Source: Monocercomonoides exilis PA203 (Eukaryota > Protista > Preaxostyla). From it: 64,000 nucleotides of DNA. The translations under genes were made by a program, and so were the position numbers. The DNA is taken from NCBI GenBank assembly GCA_001643675.2, contig LSRY02000037.1, forward strand, positions 806,001 to 870,000. The letters are read 5' to 3'. How positions within the stretch are numbered: position 1 is the stretch's first letter; every line of letters begins with the position of its first letter. A model generated the notes under the pieces. That model was not told the DNA's origin and made no database searches. It saw only the letters and a program-made list of their open reading frames with translations. Shown one piece after another: positions 12,899 to 23,307 of the stretch.

Positions 12899-15800
12899 TC
12901 ACTCTGCTTTTTTATTGAAGAATGCAAATAGCTTCTCCTTCGATAGAAGAGTGCTCTGTATCTCCTTCAGCGCTGCTGTCTGGTCAGCCACTTTTCTCGA
13001 AGAACGCCGTTTTTTCACTGAACTTTGCGGTTTTTTGCCAGAAGCCGAAAAAGAAGAGGAAGAGGAAGAGGAAGGAGAAGAAGATGAACGGGGCATTGAC
13101 AAAGGATGGAAAAGAGAAGAAGAGGAAAGCTTTGGGTTTGGCTTGTTGATCACTCTTCTGCCAGTCATAGCAACAGCATTTGCTATCTGCAAAGAATGCT
13201 TGTTTATTTGGAGGTTGGATGAAATAGGAGAGGAAGAAGAAGTCGATGAAGAAGAGGAAGAGGAGGAGGAAGAAGATGATTGATGGAAAAGAAACGGATT
13301 CAACAGTTCCGAAGACGCAGAATTTGCTGGATCCAATGAAAAAATTGTATTCAATGGAGAAGAAGAAGAAGAAGAAGACGACGACGACGAAGAAGAAGAA
13401 CCAGAACTGCTTCGTCTCGAATGGCTTGTCTGCATCTTCGTCTCCACCCCAGGTGAAGCTGCTGCTGTCTCAGTGTGTGAATGGTGCAAGAACGAAAATG
13501 CCATCTTCCCTTCGCTCTCTCCCAGCACATTCTGCAGCGCAGTTTGAGACAGCCTCGCCAGCACACTCAGACTGGGAGCAGATTTGGCGAGGAGAGGCAA
13601 AGCAGCGTTTCGGATGCCTGGGATGTGTGTGGCGATGGCACAGGGCAATTGACTCAGAGCATCAGGTGCTTCAGAATGGAAGCTCAAGTCGCCATCTGGT
13701 TCGTTTTCGCCTTGTTTTAAGTCTCTAAAAAGCTCAACAGTTTCAGAAGGGTTTTGGGTCCAGACGATGCGAAGGGAAGGGAAGTGGAGGGAGAGGAGGA
13801 TTAAGCGCCCCGCAGTGGAGTGCAAAGAGGAGAGAGATTCGTTCAGTTGCTGCTGTTGATGCTGCTGTTGTTGGAGGCGCTGGAAGGCAGAGGAGGAGGA
13901 AGAAGAAGAATAAGATGAGGAAGAAGAAGAAGTAGATAAGTCACCAAAAGAAGAAGCAGGAGAAGCAGAAGCAGGAGAAGAAGCTAAACTTCCATCAAAC
14001 AATGCACTATTCGACCCACTCCAGTTGTGTGACGGGACAAGATCACCTGTTGCCCCGTCTTCTCTGTTGAACCCGAACTCAATCAGCAGCACAGGGACAG
14101 CATATGCCTTTGTGAGAGCAGTGGCTTGCTGGACGAGTCTTCCTGAGTGAAGAGACTGAGACAAATCTGAAGGGGACTTCCTCTCTATGCATATTCGGGG
14201 GGAAAGAACATAGTCTCCAATTTCGATCTGTTTGGGGACGACTTCGAAGCCGCTGCGGTGGAGGAGGAGGGGAAGGTGGGAGCGGAACTCGCGCATGTCG
14301 ACAACGATGCGGGGGCGGATGGGGTGGAGGAGAAGACGGGTGGAGAGAGGAGAGGGAAGAGAAAGAGAAGGAAGAGAAGAAGAAGAAGAAGAGAGTGAAG
14401 ATTTTGAGGGAGAAGAAGAGGAGAAAAGGGGATTTTTGGAGGGAGTTGTTTGAAGAGCAACAGTATTTGAAGAAGAAGATGTTAAAGTATTGTTAACCTC
14501 CTTTGGAATAACTTTTGACTGATTAGCTCCTTCAAAATCATAAATTGCATCTGACTCCATTTTATTTTTATCTTCTTCTTCTTCCTTCTTTCCCTCTTCT
14601 CCTTCATTTCTTTCTCTTTCTCCTTCTCTTTCTTTCCCTTCTCTTATTTCCTCTTTCTCCTCCTCCTCCTCCTTCTTCTTCTCCTCCTCTCTCACCGGCA
14701 GCACCCTCTTCGGAATCACCAGCGACTTCTCATTCTGAATGAGGCTGTTGAATGCCTCCGTCTCTGCTTTCACCCTGTTCACATACAGCTCTTGCTCTAT
14801 GCTCTCTGAATAAACTACAAAAAACAGGTCTGATATCGTCTTTTGATAAGATGGTTGTGGAGATGAGGAATTTTCTTTGTTTTTATCTTTATTTTTGTCT
14901 ATAAGTTCTTTATCAAATGCTGATTCTTGTCTCATTTTCATTGATTTTCCATCTTTGTCATCATCATTATTATCGTCATCTTCATCACTGCTATCCACCT
15001 CCATCAACCCCTTCTTCCTCTTCCTTCCTCCTCCTTCTCCTCCCCCTTCTTCTTCCTCCATCCTCCTCCTCCTCTCCGCCCTCTCCTTCCACAGGGGGCT
15101 TCTGTGTGTTGCATAATACATCTCCACCTGCCTCAACGAAAGCACGTCTGGCTCAGCAATCACCACAAAATGAGGGTGGAATCGGTTCATCAGCATCAAC
15201 AGCTCATTCGATGGAGTCGCCAGGCAAAGAAGAGGAACACACAATTGCTCAGCTTTTACTGCTGCCTTGTGGAAACGCTGCTCAAAGAACAGGTTTGGCA
15301 GCTCATCAATCTGAGGGAAGGAGAATGGAACGCAGAGAGGGATGTTATTTTCTTCTTCTTCTTCTTCATTGGCAGAGTGAGAGGAAGAAGTTTTGTGAGA
15401 AGAATTTTTCTTCGTATTCTTCTTCTTCTTCTTTCTTCTCTTCCTCTTTATCTTTCTCTTCTTTATCTTCATCTTTATATTTTTTATCTTCATTGTCTTC
15501 ACTTTCTCCATCTCCCTCCCCCTCTCAATTCCTCCATATATTTGGTTAATACTGCCATTCCCTTTGAAACTATCTGATAAACTTGTATTTGTCGTGTTAG
15601 GGGACAAGAACGAGTTGTATCTTTCTGTGTTTGAATTCTCATTGAAATCATTTCCTTCTTCTCCTTCTCCTTCATCTTCTCCTCTTCTTTCTTCTTCATC
15701 TTCTTCAAATCCTTCGTGTTCTGTTGCAATAACATCATCGTCATCTTCATCGTCATCACTGTCTTCTTCTTCTTCTTCTTCTTCATCCTCTTCCTCCTCT

Positions 15801-18800
15801 TCACCTTCTTCATCATCATCTTCTTCCTCATCTCCATCATTTCCTTCTCTTCTTCCTTTTTCTTCCTCTTCATCTGAATCATCTCTATCAACATTTCCTT
15901 TCATTTTCTTCTTCTTTCCTCTTCTTTCCCTTTCATCATCATCATCATCATCTCCCTCTCCTCCTTCTTCTCCCTCTTCCCCATCTCCCTCTTCTTCCTC
16001 TTCTCCTTCTCCTTCTCCTTCTCCTCCACTGCTCATCCACCTCTTCTGCCCTCCCAATGCTGTTCCTTCTAACAATTCTCTTTGCAAATCGTCTTCAAAA
16101 TTCCTGTCTTCAGAATTCGCCATCTGTGTTAGGATTTCTATTGCTTGCGTCTCATATTTATCCCTTCCTTTCATTTCTTCTTCCTCTTCTTCTTCTTCAT
16201 TCTTCTCTTCTTCTTCTTTATTTTTTTCTTCTTTCTCTTCTTCTTCTCTTCCTTCTTCTTCTCTTCCTTCTTCTCCTCCTCCTTCCTTCTTATTCTCCAC
16301 CTCTTTCTTTTCTCCCCAATCCTTCACCCCCTTTCCTATTCCTATTCCTATTCCATTCCCTGTTCCATTCACTCCTATTCCTCCTCCTCCTCCTCCTCCT
16401 CCTCCTCCATATCCATTTCCTTTTCCATTTCCTATTCTTCCTCCATTTCCTCCTCCAACCCCCAGCCTCGCCCTCCTCCTCGCCTTCTCTATCGCCACTT
16501 CTCTCTTCCTCCTCGCCTCCTCCTCCATCAGCAGGCTTATCTGCATTCTTCTAGCTGCCATCGACATTTCGTAGCGGTTGAAGGAAGAAGCAATGGAGTT
16601 GATGTACTCTCTGCTTTTGAGCTGCTTTCGGGCCATTGTTTTGATGACTCTGCTTGTGACGGAGTCAGAAATGAGGAGAATGCGCTTGAGCGTGTCGGAG
16701 GGGTGGTATTGGGGAGGAGAAGGGGGAGAGGAGGTGGAAGAGGAGGAGGAAGAGGAGGAAGAGGAACAGGAAGAAGAAGAAGAAGATGATGATGATTCCA
16801 TTTGATTATCAGACATTCCAGACATTTGTTCCATCACTTCAGAAGCAGCAGCCTCAACAGCAGAAGCAGAAGCAGAAGCAGAAGCAGAGAAAGAGGCTGA
16901 GGCTGAAGCAGAATCATCAATCACAGTCAACTCATTCTTTGGCTCCTCTGCCTCCTTTTCCTTATTATTTTGATCAATCCCGTAATCAAAATTGAAAGGA
17001 GAAGAAGCGACGTGGTCGAGCGGGGGATTTTCCGGCTCAGATTCTGCACATTTTTTGATTATGGCCTCGATCTCTTTCCATTTTGGGTTTTCTTCTGCAT
17101 TTCGATAGAAAATGTGTTGGATGGTTTTTTCTTTGCGGGTGGCGGTGGAGAAAGGAGAAGGAGAAGGAGAAGAGGAAGAGGAAGAGGAAGAAAGGGAAGA
17201 GGAAGAGAAGGAAGAAGAAGAAGAAAGAGAAGATAATGGAGAAGTTATAGAGGAAGAAGATAATGAAGAAGATAATGATGGAAGAGAAGAAGAAGAAGAA
17301 TTTGAAGGTGCTGTTGAAGGAACAGCTGAATTCTTCCGTTGCATCTGACGCAGCTTCAGCAAGAGAAGAGGAGAAGGTGTAGGTTTCTTCTTGGCTGGTT
17401 GAGGAGATAACAAGGAAGAAGAAGAAGAAGAAGAAGAAGAAGAAGAAGAAGAAGAGGAAGAGGAAGAAGATGAAGATGATAGAGAAGAAGAAGAAGAAGA
17501 AGAAGAAGAAAATGAAGAAGTTTGTTCAATTTTTTGATTTTTGGAGTTAGGCGATTGAGAAGAATTATCAATATCCATTTCATTCTCTTTCTCTCCTTCT
17601 CTTCCATCTTTCTCCTTTTCATTTCCTTTTCCTCTTTCTTCTTCTTCCTCTCTTTTCTCCTCTTCTTTCTCTTCCACATCATCATCATCTTCTTCTTCTT
17701 CATATGAAGCACTTCCATCATGATAGTCATCTCCAAAAACTTCCACTTTTCTCGATTTCCTCTTCTTCAATTTCTTCTTCTTATTATTCTTCTTCATATT
17801 TTCATTGGTACTATTTTCTTCTTCATCTTTCTCTTTTTCTCCTTCTCCTTCTCCTTCTCCTTCTCCTTCTCCTTCTCCTTCTCCTTCTCCTTCTCCTTCT
17901 CCTTCTCCTTCTCCCTCTTCCATCTTCTTCTTCCTCTTCTTCCTTTTCTTCATCTCCTTCCCTTTCTCCTTCCTCCTCTTCCTCTCCTCCCTCTCTCTCC
18001 TTCTCATCTCCTCCCTCACCCCCATCGCTATACCCTTCGCCAGGTTCCTCTCCTTCAGCACAGCCGCCTCTGCCCCTGCCCTCTCATCTGCCAAGCGCAA
18101 AAGCGACTGCGCGGCTGGCTGGCTTGCCCAGAGCGGGAAAAGAGGGGAGAATGGAGCAGCTAATGTCCGCATTATCATGCTCGCCGCAAGGAGGCTGGTG
18201 GTGGCGGTGCGGGCGGACATGAAGGTGTGGAGAGAGGCGAGGGCGGAGGTGGAAGAAGAAAGGGAAGAAGAGGAGGGAAACGTGGAAGAAGAGGAAGAAG
18301 AAGCTGTAGAAGAAGAAGAAGAAGGGAATAAAGATGATGATTGAACAGAAGAAGCTATCCCATTTCCCAATCCAACCCCAATCCCTTGCTGTCCAGTCCC
18401 AAACCCCCTGGGTGCTGGAAGCAGCGACGAGTCCCCCTGAATCGCGCGATGGAGGAGGTTTCTGAATGTGAGGGCATCTAACCGTGCCAGCCCAAAGGCG
18501 AGCCGGCGCACCAGGCGGATGTCCCGCAACAGGGACCACGCATTCTGAGGGGTCTGGTGCCAGGCTGAAGACATGCGCTGCAGAAACAGCCTGTCAAAAC
18601 GCGTGCTCAGGGCGTCTTGCACAGCAAATGACATGTCAGATGCACTTTCGTCGTTGGACTCCTTCCGTTTGACCATGAGCGAGGCTTCGCGTAAGCAAAA
18701 CTCCAGCAGCTCAGTTATGTGTTTCTGCATTTGTTGCATGATGGGGGACATCGAAACGTGGACTTCTGTGACTTTTAATCCAGAAGAGTCTAAATCAATG

Positions 18801-19366
18801 CAAACGTCATCCCGAAAGCGAGGCCATAACATGAGCGTTTCACATTGCAACGTTGCCATAGCCTTACCTATTGCATTGAACCCACGAGTGAATGCACTTG
18901 GTACAGTTGAAACTGCATGAATAAATCCAATTTGGTTTTTTTCTCTGAACATTTCAAGAACAAAGCTATCAGGCGACATATCAGAAATTTGATGTGCATC
19001 TAATACTATTATCCCAGAAATGGAATGCATTGGAACAACATTTCTAAGTATATCAACAACAAGAATACGTGTAGAAACAGAAAAGACGCCTCCTTCTAAA
19101 TATAAAGCAGCTCTCTCAGAAGAATTATACGAAGCATTTAATCTTTTTGGATAAATCTTTCCGTCAATTTCTTGAAGGCTAAATTGATGGGAATGAGAAT
19201 CATTAAGAATGAAAACCAATGTTTTGGATTTTGCATTAAGTTTGATAATTGAATTGATAATTAAGCGTGGATTGAGTCCAGAACCTAGAATAAGAAGGGA
19301 ACTTTTATTAATTAATAGCTGCTTCAGAATTTTCAGAATAAAAGAAGTGGGCCTGTCAGATTCCAT
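12899..19366 (-). CDS. ERCC4: DNA repair endonuclease XPF/Rad1/ERCC4, greatly expanded by low-complexity insertions
   Basis: Helicase-like N-terminus (RAALYLEGGV, STRILVVDIL, LWPRF, EENPKW, RQVEMY). ERCC4 nuclease core IVVDMREFRS...GDYVLSPRICIERKS..DL..SL.SGRL. HhH-like region HIPGI. First ATG at 19366. Confidence 0.95.
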   Translation of the reverse strand: MESDRPTSFILKILKQLLINKSSLLILGSGLNPRLIINSIIKLNAKSKTLVFILNDSHSHQFSLQEIDGKIYPKRLNASYNSSERAALYLEGGVFSVSTRILVVDILRNVVPMHSISGIIVLDAHQISDMSPDSFVLEMFREKNQIGFIHAVSTVPSAFTRGFNAIGKAMATLQCETLMLWPRFRDDVCIDLDSSGLKVTEVHVSMSPIMQQMQKHITELLEFCLREASLMVKRKESNDESASDMSFAVQDALSTRFDRLFLQRMSSAWHQTPQNAWSLLRDIRLVRRLAFGLARLDALTFRNLLHRAIQGDSSLLPAPRGFGTGQQGIGVGLGNGIASSVQSSSLFPSSSSSTASSSSSSTFPSSSSLSSSTSALASLHTFMSARTATTSLLAASMIMRTLAAPFSPLFPLWASQPAAQSLLRLADERAGAEAAVLKERNLAKGIAMGVREEMRRREREERKRRKEKGKEMKKRKKRKKKMEEGEGEGEGEGEGEGEGEGEGEGEGEGEKEKDEEENSTNENMKKNNKKKKLKKRKSRKVEVFGDDYHDGSASYEEEEDDDDVEEKEEEKREEEEERGKGNEKEKDGREGEKENEMDIDNSSQSPNSKNQKIEQTSSFSSSSSSSSSLSSSSSSSSSSSSSSSSSSSSSSLLSPQPAKKKPTPSPLLLLKLRQMQRKNSAVPSTAPSNSSSSSLPSLSSSLSSSSITSPLSSLSSSSSFSSSSLSSSSSSSSPSPSPFSTATRKEKTIQHIFYRNAEENPKWKEIEAIIKKCAESEPENPPLDHVASSPFNFDYGIDQNNKEKEAEEPKNELTVIDDSASASASFSASASASASAVEAAASEVMEQMSGMSDNQMESSSSSSSSSCSSSSSSSSSSTSSPPSPPQYHPSDTLKRILLISDSVTSRVIKTMARKQLKSREYINSIASSFNRYEMSMAARRMQISLLMEEEARRKREVAIEKARRRARLGVGGGNGGRIGNGKGNGYGGGGGGGGGGIGVNGTGNGIGIGIGKGVKDWGEKKEVENKKEGGGEEGREEEGREEEEKEEKNKEEEEKNEEEEEEEEMKGRDKYETQAIEILTQMANSEDRNFEDDLQRELLEGTALGGQKRWMSSGGEGEGEGEEEEEGDGEEGEEGGEGDDDDDDERERRGKKKKMKGNVDRDDSDEEEEKGRREGNDGDEEEDDDEEGEEEEEDEEEEEEEDSDDDEDDDDVIATEHEGFEEDEEERRGEDEGEGEEGNDFNENSNTERYNSFLSPNTTNTSLSDSFKGNGSINQIYGGIERGREMEKVKTMKIKNIKMKIKKRKIKRKRRKKKKKNTKKNSSHKTSSSHSANEEEEEENNIPLCVPFSFPQIDELPNLFFEQRFHKAAVKAEQLCVPLLCLATPSNELLMLMNRFHPHFVVIAEPDVLSLRQVEMYYATHRSPLWKERAERRRRMEEEEGGGEGGGRKRKKGLMEVDSSDEDDDNNDDDKDGKSMKMRQESAFDKELIDKNKDKNKENSSSPQPSYQKTISDLFFVVYSESIEQELYVNRVKAETEAFNSLIQNEKSLVIPKRVLPVREEEKKKEEEEEKEEIREGKEREGERERNEGEEGKKEEEEDKNKMESDAIYDFEGANQSKVIPKEVNNTLTSSSSNTVALQTTPSKNPLFSSSSPSKSSLSSSSSSLPSLSLPSPLSTRLLLHPIRPRIVVDMREFRSHLPLLLHRSGFEVVPKQIEIGDYVLSPRICIERKSPSDLSQSLHSGRLVQQATALTKAYAVPVLLIEFGFNREDGATGDLVPSHNWSGSNSALFDGSLASSPASASPASSFGDLSTSSSSSSYSSSSSSSAFQRLQQQQHQQQQLNESLSSLHSTAGRLILLSLHFPSLRIVWTQNPSETVELFRDLKQGENEPDGDLSFHSEAPDALSQLPCAIATHIPGIRNAALPLLAKSAPSLSVLARLSQTALQNVLGESEGKMAFSFLHHSHTETAAASPGVETKMQTSHSRRSSSGSSSSSSSSSSSSSSPLNTIFSLDPANSASSELLNPFLFHQSSSSSSSSSSSSTSSSSPISSNLQINKHSLQIANAVAMTGRRVINKPNPKLSSSSLFHPLSMPRSSSSPSSSSSSSFSASGKKPQSSVKKRRSSRKVADQTAALKEIQSTLLSKEKLFAFFNKKAE

Positions 19367-19953
19367 GCATTCCTTGATACTTGAATAGAAACGAAAAAAA
19401 AATATGGAAACGTTGTTTTTTTTCACTGAATCTTTTTTCTATTTGGTATAAATAAAAGTTGTAATATAATTTTCTATTCAAACGTTCAGAAAAATTTGAA
19501 TATTACTTGTTTTTCACTATGAAAATTTATTTCTATTAATTTTCTTTTCACCGAAAAAAAAATTTCTTTTTGAAATAAATAGATTCCACACAAAGATAGA
19601 GTGCATAATGTGCATTTGAAACAATTCATTAAAGTATAAAAGTGTAATTGAATCAAAGATCGATTTAATCAACAAATCTTCAGTTCCATTCAAAAATAAT
19701 GTTAAAAAAAAAATATTAAAATAAATTAAAATTAGTCATGCACATTCAAAATGTTTTGATAATTTGATGTAACCAATTAAAGTTCTATCGCTTTTCTTTT
19801 TTTCTTTTTCTTTTTTTTGAAAAAATAAATTTTTTTTCAAATTTTGGTCAAACTTCAACCTTAATTATTTTCATTTTTGAAAGTGTAACATTCAATGATT
19901 TATGGTTATTCATAATTGATCTTTTATTGAAAAAGAAGAACCACTAAAGTAAA

Positions 19954-20470
19954 ATGTTCTCTGCTGTTATTGCTTTATTTGCTAGCTGCATGTGCTACAC
20001 ATTGGATGACTATGCTCTTCAAAACTTGACAAGGGCACCGTTTGCATAATATATATTTGTTTTAAGTTTCAATTGATCGATTTATAATATTTAACAGAAC
20101 CCGTCCATACAGATTCATGGTCAGAAATGAAACATTATCATTCAATTTTAGATCATATGTCAAGCCGTTTGATATGTGCAATGGCCAGAACAACACAGTT
20201 GCGTTTGTCAACACAAGCGACATGTGCTTTGACATTGCTCAGAATGATACAGAGGAATATTATATTTCACAAGATGGCAAATTCTTGCAATTTAATTATA
20301 CTTCTCCATATGTTGATGCAAGTCCATCATTCTCAGTAATTTTAAGATGTTCAAGACAATCTGGAATGAGAGTTACAACTTACGGAGCAACATACTACGT
20401 TGATTGGAATACTCCATATGCTTGCCCAATTCGCAAATATATCAAGCGTTCTGAATTTGAATCGATGTAA
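19954..20470 (+). CDS. Small secreted protein with a mannose-6-phosphate receptor homology (MRH)-like domain
   Basis: Signal peptide MFSAVIALFASCMC; intron 20040-20097 restores the frame. FDMC...LQFNY...SVILRC...YYVDWNTPYACP matches the MRH C-terminal signature; several NxT/S sequons. Confidence 0.6.
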
Positions 20471-21039
20471 AATTATAATGTTTTATGATTTTAGTTATAA
20501 TTTTTCGTTATCTTTATGCTGAATGAATTTCATCTCATTTGAGATTTGAAGTTCTATTGAGGATGTTTTATATTGGTGTATATGTATTTTTTTATTATCG
20601 AGAGAATTCGTTGTTGATTTCTTAAAGAATAGTTCGACGACGAAACTTTATTTCAGGGATTTATTTTTTTTTACAAAAAAAAAAGAAAGAAAATGTTTAA
20701 AGCCAGAGAAAAAATAATGAAAAATATTATATTGAAGCAATTAAATTTAGGAGGGTTGAGATAAGCAAGTGACTTGGTAGCTTAAAAAGCAAATATTTTA
20801 ATTTTTGAACAAAGAAGAGAGAATCAAATGATTGAAAAATTGAAAGATGAAGGTCAATCATTACAGATTTTGATAATATGTTTTAATTTATCAAACGCAG
20901 CTTGGAGAGAACAATCAATTTATTCTTTATCAAAAATACTTTGATTTTTGAAAAAACTATTATTCAATTAATTCTAAACGAAAACTTTTGTGAAATGTTC
21001 AGTTGAAATGTTAGTTTTGATAACTGTGGAAATGTCGTT

Positions 21040-22988
21040 TCACCTTCTTCTTCCTTCTTTTCCTCTTCCCCTTCCTCTTCCACCCCATCTCCCTCTTCCT
21101 CCGCCTCCTCTTCTCGCACCGCCTGCCCCCATTGCATTCCCTGCCTCCTGCTTTCTCCTTCCTCCTTTGCCATGCCTGTCATCCTCCACAAACCACTGCC
21201 TCGTTTCTCCTTCGTTCTCTTCCCTTCGCCCTCTCCCGTGTCTCCCACTCTGCTTGAAAAACGCGCCAGACGCCGCAAGCAGCGTGGCTGCATCGAGCTG
21301 AAGTGGATGCAGAGTCAATGGCTGAAACGTCCCATCTGTTGAATCATCACCTTCTTCAGCAAAAGATGCGGAGTGATCGATATCTGATTCTTTACTGATG
21401 TTTTTGGTTGCATTTGAAGCAGATGGATTGTCGGAGTCTTCGTTGCTATCACTTTGAGTGTTCTCTTCTTCTTCTTCTTTGTCTTCACCTTCTTCTTTGC
21501 TGTCTTCATCTGCTTTGTCATCTGTTTCTTCTTCTTCGTCTGAATTATCACTTTTTTTGTCATCATCTTCTCCAATTTCATCTTCATCCTCCTCATCCTC
21601 TCTTTCCCCGTCATCCCATTTCTTTTTGCCTTTTTGAGAACGTCCTTCATCATCATCTTCTTCATCATCGTTTTCGTTATCTTCATCGTCTTCATCCTCA
21701 TCCCCTTCCTCTTCCTCTTCATCACCACTATCGCTTTCATCATCCTTTCTTCTTCTGATCACTCTCAATTTGGCAGAGCGGCTGCGAGGATTTTCTGAAA
21801 GCTCCTTTTGAGACGGCAAAATCGGACGGCGAGTGACAATTTCAAATTTTCCTCCTCCTGATTTGATGATTGAATGAAAAAGAGGTTTAAAATTTCAAAT
21901 ATAACATAGTAAATAAAATAATAAAAAAATGAAATTGAAAAAAAAAAAAAATGATTTAATCATTAAGGAAATAATAATTCATCAAAAAAACCTTCCCATT
22001 CTTGTGCAAGCTTGTTAAAGCCAATTTTAACCAATCGATCTTCCAGTGAATGGAATGTTATTATTGCAGCTGTTCCACCAGCTGCAAGAACATTCGGCAA
22101 AGTACTGCAAAAACAAATAATATTTGTCAAAAATGAAATAAATAAAAAAAAATTTTCTGGAATTCATAAAGTCAAACTTGATGAGGGTATTTAGAACAGC
22201 AAGCTCTTGATTAACCGCAATGCGCAACGCCATAAAAGTTTTTGTTGCAGGATGTATCGAACTTGTCATTTTAGCTTCAAATTTTTAGATTAATTTTTTC
22301 TTTTATATGAATTTTTTATGACAAAATAGTAATTCATACCCTTTTTCGGAATAGCTCCGCAAACTACAGAAGCCAAGTGAAATGTTGTAAGAATTGGATG
22401 ACTTCCAGTGCCCTCTCTTTCTTCGACAATAGCGCGAGCAATTCTCCTGCTGAGTTTTTCTTCTCCAAAATAAAAAATAACAGCTGCAAGTTGTTCTTCA
22501 GAAAGTTGATTGACTAAATCTGCAGCTGTGTTGGGCAAAGAAGGATCAAGTCGCATGTCTAATGGGCCATCAAGTTGAAATGAAATCCCTCGAGTTGGGT
22601 CGCCAAGTTGAACAGAAGATATTCCTAAATCAGCTAAGAAGAGATCAACTCCTCGTTGCTTCAAACCCAATTTTTCCAGTACAAGAGGGGAATCTGCAAA
22701 ATTGCTTTTTACGATATTTATTTCGCATTTTGTATTTTCACTATCTTCTTTTCGAAGATTCTCAAATTTCTTTTTGTTAAAAGCAATTGCCTCATCATCT
22801 ACATCAAGTCCAATATATCTCCCTGTTTCACCTAAATGGGGAATAATTAATGATGCATGACCACCTCTTCCAAGAGTACCATCCATTACAATGTCTCCCT
22901 TTTGAGGATTCAAAACTTTTACAACTTCTTGATAAAGCACAGGATAGTGCTCTATTTCTGTAGGAGGAATGTTTTTATTTTGAGACAT
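21040..22988 (-). CDS. rsmH: RsmH/MraW (METTL15-family) SSU rRNA N4-cytosine methyltransferase with acidic and RGG C-terminal extension
   Basis: Exons 22988-22340, 22274-22178, 22104-21992 and 21857-21040. Motifs [74 protein letters not shown] and [11 protein letters not shown] are all present in order. Confidence 0.95.
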
Positions 22989-23307
22989 TATTTTTGGCTA
23001 AGGCTCGGAAAATCGAAAGTTTTATTGCTTGAATTATTTTACTATATAAAATTTGATCATCAAATATTAAATATTGAATGTTTTTAAATGAAGCTCTTGA
23101 ATTCAATAGGAGAAAATAAAAAACAAAATCTGTTGAATTCAATGAATAATTTATTTAAGCTTCATTCGAATATGGGAAAATTGAGCAAGAAAATAAAAAA
23201 TGACATGAAATGTTGAACTGTAAATATGACGTGATTGTCCAACTTAAATATGTGTCATTCATAAATTATTTGATAGTTTTATCCGAGTTGCAAAACAAAA
23301 CATCAAT

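Noticed and set aside
197-18344. Numerous antisense and alternative-frame ORFs rich in F/L/S or K/R/E overlapping the main genes
   Set aside because: Shadows of stop-poor GAA/TTC repeat tracts; no motifs.
7880-22988. Possible functional cluster (HUS1 plus XPF; Ars2 plus CAF1 plus RsmH)
   Set aside because: Eukaryotic genes in mixed orientation; proximity is explained by genome compaction, with no sign of co-transcription.
21040-22988. rsmH as bacterial contamination or part of a dcw operon
   Set aside because: Three spliceosomal introns, host-like composition, and no mraZ/ftsL/ftsI neighbours.
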